In this document: in pieces, positions 63,930 through 64,000 of the stretch
How positions within the stretch are numbered: the first letter of the stretch is position 1
How the letters are laid out: each line of letters begins with the position of its first letter
Source: Octopus sinensis
Taxonomy: Eukaryota
NCBI RefSeq assembly: GCF_006345805.1
Contig: NC_043006.1
Coordinates: 101,184,001 to 101,248,000, forward strand
Reading direction: 5' to 3'
DNA length: 64,000 nucleotides
Notes under the pieces: generated by a model
Told to the model about the DNA's origin: nothing
What the model saw: the letters and a program-made list of their open reading frames with translations, nothing else
Database searches by the model: none
Program-made: the position numbers and the translations under genes

Positions 63930-64000
63930 ATCAAAATTTCTAGTGTTTAGTTCAATTTCTGGGAGCCAAGTAGAAATTTTACCCAGGTGAACATTAAGAA

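Overview
AT-rich, repeat-saturated animal genomic DNA that looks intronic or intergenic; I find no convincing host protein-coding gene. The SINE families, RTE-type (GAT)n tails and (TA)n/(CA)n/(ATC)n density suggest an octopus/coleoid cephalopod (inference, not verified). The window holds decayed RTE-clade LINEs with many 5'-truncated 3' ends, R4/Dong- and L1/Tx1-like RT fragments, and a Penelope-like element (RT + GIY-YIG, 21.9-24.9 kb). It also holds Tc1/mariner elements (one full-length with an open 350-aa DD34N transposase), piggyBac-type MITEs, non-autonomous Helitrons, a probable solo LTR and at least four tRNA-derived SINE families. The most interesting signal is a set of non-coding fold-back elements in (TA)n tracts. 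One is a 2.8-kb palindromic array of ~543-bp units (44.3-47.1 kb). It shares a short motif and an AAT|GTA fold-back endpoint with an otherwise dissimilar element at 10.4-11.0 kb. Two copies of another element (16.2 and 47.5 kb) have different snap-back lengths but the same endpoint. A canonical minimal hammerhead ribozyme lies at 49578-49640 (-). All coordinates were read by eye and may be off by a few bases.
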